The notes under the pieces are model-generated. The model was given only the letters and a program-made list of their open reading frames with translations. It was not told the DNA's origin and ran no database searches. Shown one piece after another: positions 56,131 through 64,000 of a stretch of 64,000 bases of DNA (its first letter is position 1; the number at the start of each line of letters is the position of its first letter). The position numbers and the translations under genes were made by a program. This stretch comes from the human T2T-CHM13v2.0 reference genome, Homo sapiens: the NCBI RefSeq assembly GCF_009914755.1, contig NC_060928.1. One strand, 5' to 3'.

Positions 56131-57710
56131 ACCTGAGCCTTATCTTTGGTTATCCAGAGTCCTACAGAGAGTTCTATTGTGTAGGATCTTGATTTTATGC
56201 AGATGTTGTACTCACAGGCCAGGGTACACCCTCATCAGGCTGTGGTCCTGTGTGACTTGAGCCAACAGTCAGGTGTAGAGACAGGAACTCAAAATTCCAG
56301 GAACATGACTTGATGTTTTCCTCTAGGTCCTATGAGAACTGAAGCAATGACAGGGTAACCTGTCCTATCTCCTAGGAGCCCTTTTCCAGCCAAAGAAACA
56401 GATAAAACACTACCATGGAGGAATTCTCATCTGCATTCGTGTCTGACAGATTGGAACCTAATGTGCTCCTAAGTGACAGTAAAATTGAGGCTAGATATCA
56501 CACTTGAGTGCCTATCAAGTAGCTTATTGTAGTTTTCACATCTTCTGTTAGCTTAAAAGCAGTGAGAAGTCTATCATGACATAACTTTTGTCCCTTTAAT
56601 GAGGGGGGTGAAAATTGTGCTACCACAGGTCAGTGTGAGATGCTTCCTGCATCCTGTTCATCCACAAACTAGAAGTTGGCCATGCTGTTGCAGGTCAAGT
56701 TCCCTGTGTAGGATTTGCAGGGAGATGAAGGAGCTAAGCAGGAATGTGGCATGGTGGTATTCACCTTCCATCTTGTCCCAGGGGAGCTCTGAGGGTGCAA
56801 AAGCCGAGTTGGTGCCATGTTAAGGTACAGATGTCAGGCTTTTATTCTCAGGGTCAGTAGAGGCTATGCGCTGCTTGGGGAGAAGGTTAATACTAGGCTG
56901 AGGGGCATTGTCCAAAGTAAAGGACAGTTGTAAACCACTAGCAGCCAACGACCTTAGCTGCTAGGGGATAAATACCCTGACTTGGAGAGAGCTCCCCATG
57001 AAGCACCAGCAATGTCCACTATCCATGCTTGGAACACCTTGTGCCACTGACGGCAAGAAGGGGATGTGATTGACTTTGTACCAGTTGACTCTGTTGCCGG
57101 ATCTCCAAACTAGTATATTGTTGCCAGATCTCCATCTTTGTCAGCACCTGGCCATGCTTATGTTGCCACACATGGCAGGCCTTACTTAACACTTGAAGGG
57201 CTGTACACACCAGGCTGTCAATGCTGCTGAGCCACTCGGCAGCAGGTTTTTGGTGCCAAACATGAATAGAGGAATATCAAGGAAATCCAGAAAGCAGAGG
57301 AAGGTATAGTAACTGTGGCTGGCAGGATGGCAGTGACATGGGCATCTATCATTCAGCACAGCAGGGACCCAGCGATTTCACCAAGTAGTATCTAAGAGCC
57401 CAGGTAATAGTAAGACACTATTAATAGAGCCCAAGCGTCTTACTATTACTTGGGCTGTGACTAAGTAATCAGTGACTAGGGGGTGGCTTAAAAACTTAAT
57501 TGCAGAGCTTATAACTCTTCTTCCTTTGCTCATTTCTGTTGGGTAGCAATAAGCCGAGCTGCAACTACTTGTCCTGTGATACCCTGTATCTTAGGGTGGC
57601 CTCAAGACTAAATTCTACTTAAATCTCAGGGCGGAGAAGTTCAGTGGGCTTCCAGGGCATCTACTTAAATGAATAGTCTCAGCTAGCCCATGTCTTAGCA
57701 TTTCCCAAAT
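56130..57710 (+). repeat. Local direct duplication X, copy 2
   Basis: Collinear with 53125-54615. Confidence 0.92.
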
Positions 57711-59304
57711 CCTTAACTGCCTGGAATTCAGTCAAGAGTATTAGGCTAGAAGAGTGTTAGCATGAAAGACGTCAGGTATCATCCTCACAGCATTGCTTTA
57801 TTCTATGGGTTGTGTGGTATGTGCCAAGTTTACCTGGGTCCCCCAGCTCAGCAAATCAGAAGAGCTGGTAGAGAAATATGCTGGCTGTGGCAAGAAGTCA
57901 TTTCTTACATCCTGTGACCTTAAGGGGAATGTGGCCCTTGGGTAGGAGTGGCATTTTACCTTCAGGAGGTTGGGTGATAGCATGTGACCTTTGAAAAGTT
58001 CATAGAATTGAGAGTGACTTCGTCCCAATGATGACCAAGAATTATATAGATAAGGGGGATCACATTCCTCCAGGTTCCTATTGCCTAGTATGACAGGTTA
58101 GATTATTGGGAAACAGACTGAAATGAAGTTGAGCATGCAGAGCACTTGTTGGAGGTGGAAAACCTGTCAGAGGGACATAAACACATCTGACACTCTTCTC
58201 GTGTCAGATGTGAAGAGACATAGACCACCTCTTCTGTGTTCCTAGCAATTTTACTGTAAGATACCTACAGATTTATTCTGTTTCTAGTTAGAAGAAACCA
58301 ACTTAATACTAGAGTGGCCCCTTTGAATACTCCTCACATCCTACTTATAAGTTTTGCCTTATGGCTTTTGGCTTTACAGCTACCTTCAATCTTACCTTCT
58401 GTATTTTTGCCACACTAGTGTGGGGGGGCACTATGCAGGAAAGCACAACCCATCCAAAGCCTGTCCAGTAGCCAGGCTATCCCAGGCCACTTGTTTCAGG
58501 TTCCTCAGGTAGGGTATGTCTGACAGAAGAAATCCTGTGCCAGTCCTATAGGCACAAGATAGAATCCAAAGTGATCCACTCAGGCCAGGGTAGTACTTTA
58601 GTCCTTACTTGCCTCTTGACAATAAGGATGTCTTCAACTGTGACCCTGAGTCTTCAGCAGATGAGAATGGGAAAAGGAAACACCTGAAAGGACTTCTACT
58701 GCCTGGAATATGTGCCCATGTAAGCATGGAGGCCAGATGGGTAATGTGGGCTGTGTAGGTACTTGAGTAATCATGAAGGGAGGGATCTCCTTTGTGAAGC
58801 CTATGATTCCTGGAGTAGCAGCTTCAGGGTAGAATCCATTTTACAGTATATAACAGCACTGTAATGGGCTGGAGTTCTGGGAAGCTGCATGTTAACACAA
58901 TGTTTAAAGAACTGACCAATATCCCAAATCATGTCAGACCCTTCTTTCTCAAGTGGGACATCAATTGGACTGACCTTCATAGGGATGAGAACTTTCATGC
59001 CCTTCAATAGCAGTGTGCCTAATTCTGAGATCTACAAAGGTGTGGCACTTAGAATAGCTAAGCCACAAGGCAAAGTGCAAGACAATAGAGATGACCCAGT
59101 GAGTGGGAGATGGCATAGTCCATGTGAGGTGGGAAGCCTCTGAGCTGGCCCCCAGTGATCCTTGACTCCTGGTATTCCAGCTTGTGTTAAGCCCCTTCTC
59201 TTGAGAGTAGATATAGTGGCTTGCTGCTTGATGAAGTGACAATGGAAGAAGTGGCAGGTCCCTCCAAATACATGGTTAGATACTAGCTACTGTCTTAGAT
59301 TTCC

Positions 59305-59634
59305 TGTATCAGTCCATTTTCATGCTTCTGATGAAGACATACCCAAGACTGGGAAGAAAGAAGTTTTAATGGACTCATAGTTCCATGTGGCTGGGGAGGC
59401 CTCACAATCATGGTAGAAGGTGAAATGCATGTCTCACATGGTGGCAGACAAGAGAACTTGTACAAGGAAACTCCCCTTTATAAAACCATCAGATATTATG
59501 AGACTTACTCACTATTATGAGAACGGCACAGGAAAGACTTGCCCCCATGATTCAATTACCCCCCACTTGATCCCTCCCACAACACATGGGAATTCAAGAT
59601 GAGATGTGGGTGGGGACACAACAATACCATATCA
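59305..59634 (-). mobile_element. THE1 (THE1A/B-like) solo LTR
   Basis: tgtatcagtccattttcatgc...gacatacccaagactggg...ggacaca..ccatatca; probable TSD tttcc/cttcc. Confidence 0.92.
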
Positions 59635-59794
59635 CTTCCCTTACTCCTTGTCTTAGAACATGTGTTCTAGGAGAACTAAGCTGCTGTGTTTGAGCCACCC
59701 CACTGAATGGCCCACATATGATGGCAAGGAGCAGAAACTTGGAGCCCAACAGGCTGAAGAGCTGGAGCTTACCACTGAGTGAGCTTGGAAGCAT

Positions 59795-62689
<2,895 letters not shown>

Positions 62690-64000
62690 TGGAGGTTCTG
62701 AGGCATCAGCCAATTGTTACGAGTAATCTTGGAAGCAGATCCTCGTGTATGCAGTTGAGCCCTCAGATGAGAACATGTCCTGGCTAACAGACGGTGTCTT
62801 CATGAGAACCTGAACCAGAGGTGTCTGGCTAAGCTATGAGTGCATTCCTAACCCTTAAAACCTAGAAGATAAGTATGTGCTGTTTTAAGCTGCAAGGGTT
62901 AATTTGTGCAGCAGCAATAGATAAACCATGTCTATGGCAACAGGCAGCTGCTACTTGGCTTCAGCAAGTGATTGCTGTGCAGGAATAACAGTGGTATTGG
63001 CCAAGAAATGGCCATACTTGAAAGCAGAAAATGTAGACTTTTGCATGAATCTTGCTGTACAGCAGAAGCTGCCTACTGGTACGTAGGTCAGTGTATCTTC
63101 AGACATGCTTTGGCACCTGCAGCATTTTAACAAACTAATTGCATGTTCTGATTCTATCTACCATGGCAGGTCAGGTGATTAAGAAAAAGGCTCTAAACTC
63201 AATCAGTAAATAGATGTTGCTAGGGCTTCAGTACTCCTTCTTCCACTAGTGTCCCTTTACTTACACTCACTTTTGTCAACAGGATAAGCGCATTTGGACC
63301 ATGATAGAATGGATCAGCTAAGGAACATTGACATTGGCTTTTTGAAAATGGAATATGGTTTCATGGATTTCGGGGTCTGGGAGAGCTAAGAAGATCACAA
63401 GAGACTTGTAGAGTCAGACTAGAATGGAGTAAGCAGGATCAGGCATGCCAAGGTCTTGTTAGAGTTTCTACTGCATCAGTTGACACTCATTGCCACCCTA
63501 GAGATCATAATTCTGAGACTTCCCTCACTCAGTACAGGGAGTTCCCTACTAATAGCCTTGAATGGGGTAGCTCTGTCCAATAAAATGAGCTGTCTACATT
63601 TCAACTACTCTAATAGTCTAATTTCACCTGACTCTTATTTTTCAATCTTAAAATTCCTGGATTGGGTTAGATGGAGATTCAAGTCCCATCTACTCCTATT
63701 CAACTGTGGCTCTGGTTCTAATTTAGGGTCTTCTAGCCTGGGCAGTAATTCCCTGCGTACTGATGAAGGAACTGCCTCATAGGCTTGTTTAAAATCAGAT
63801 GACAATTTACCCATGTTTTCCTTAAAAAAAAAAAATTGCCAGCTCTTGGGAACTTAGTATATGTTCTTAAAGGAAAAATGCCCTCTCAGTAGACTGCTTG
63901 TGACTTATGACCTGTCTGGCTCCTAGAAGTACCCATTGTAGGTTGGATGACGGACAGCTGCAGATTCTTGTGCCACCAGTGAAGCAATCTAGACCATTGA

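Overview
This is 64 kb of primate genomic DNA (human-like: Alu, L1PA, THE1 and MLT2A are present) with no credible protein-coding gene. The only protein-like ORFs are decayed L1 ORF2 (60.2-62.2 kb) and ERVL pol remnants. The first ~9 kb is nearly repeat-free and contains a candidate CTCF site and a GC-box/G-quadruplex patch. From ~18 kb onward the window is an ancient, highly diverged mosaic array of at least three direct copies of a multi-kb unit (~18.5-31, ~35.5-44.3 and ~48.5-64+ kb), with a younger local duplication at 53-59 kb. Copy-specific insertions (LTR47, MADE1, L1MA, L1PB, L1PA7/8, THE1, MER44, L1PA4) allow relative dating. Repeats here are unusually eroded by short deletions, both Alus lack their poly(A) tails, and there are several micro-inversions, template-switch hairpins and micro-duplications. 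L1 and ERVL internal sequences lie almost entirely on the - strand, and only two Alus are present. My best hypothesis (inference, not provable from sequence alone) is a long + strand non-coding locus heavily transcribed in the germ line, such as a pachytene piRNA cluster. Repeat names come from recalled consensus sequences rather than a search, and coordinates of old repeats are approximate.
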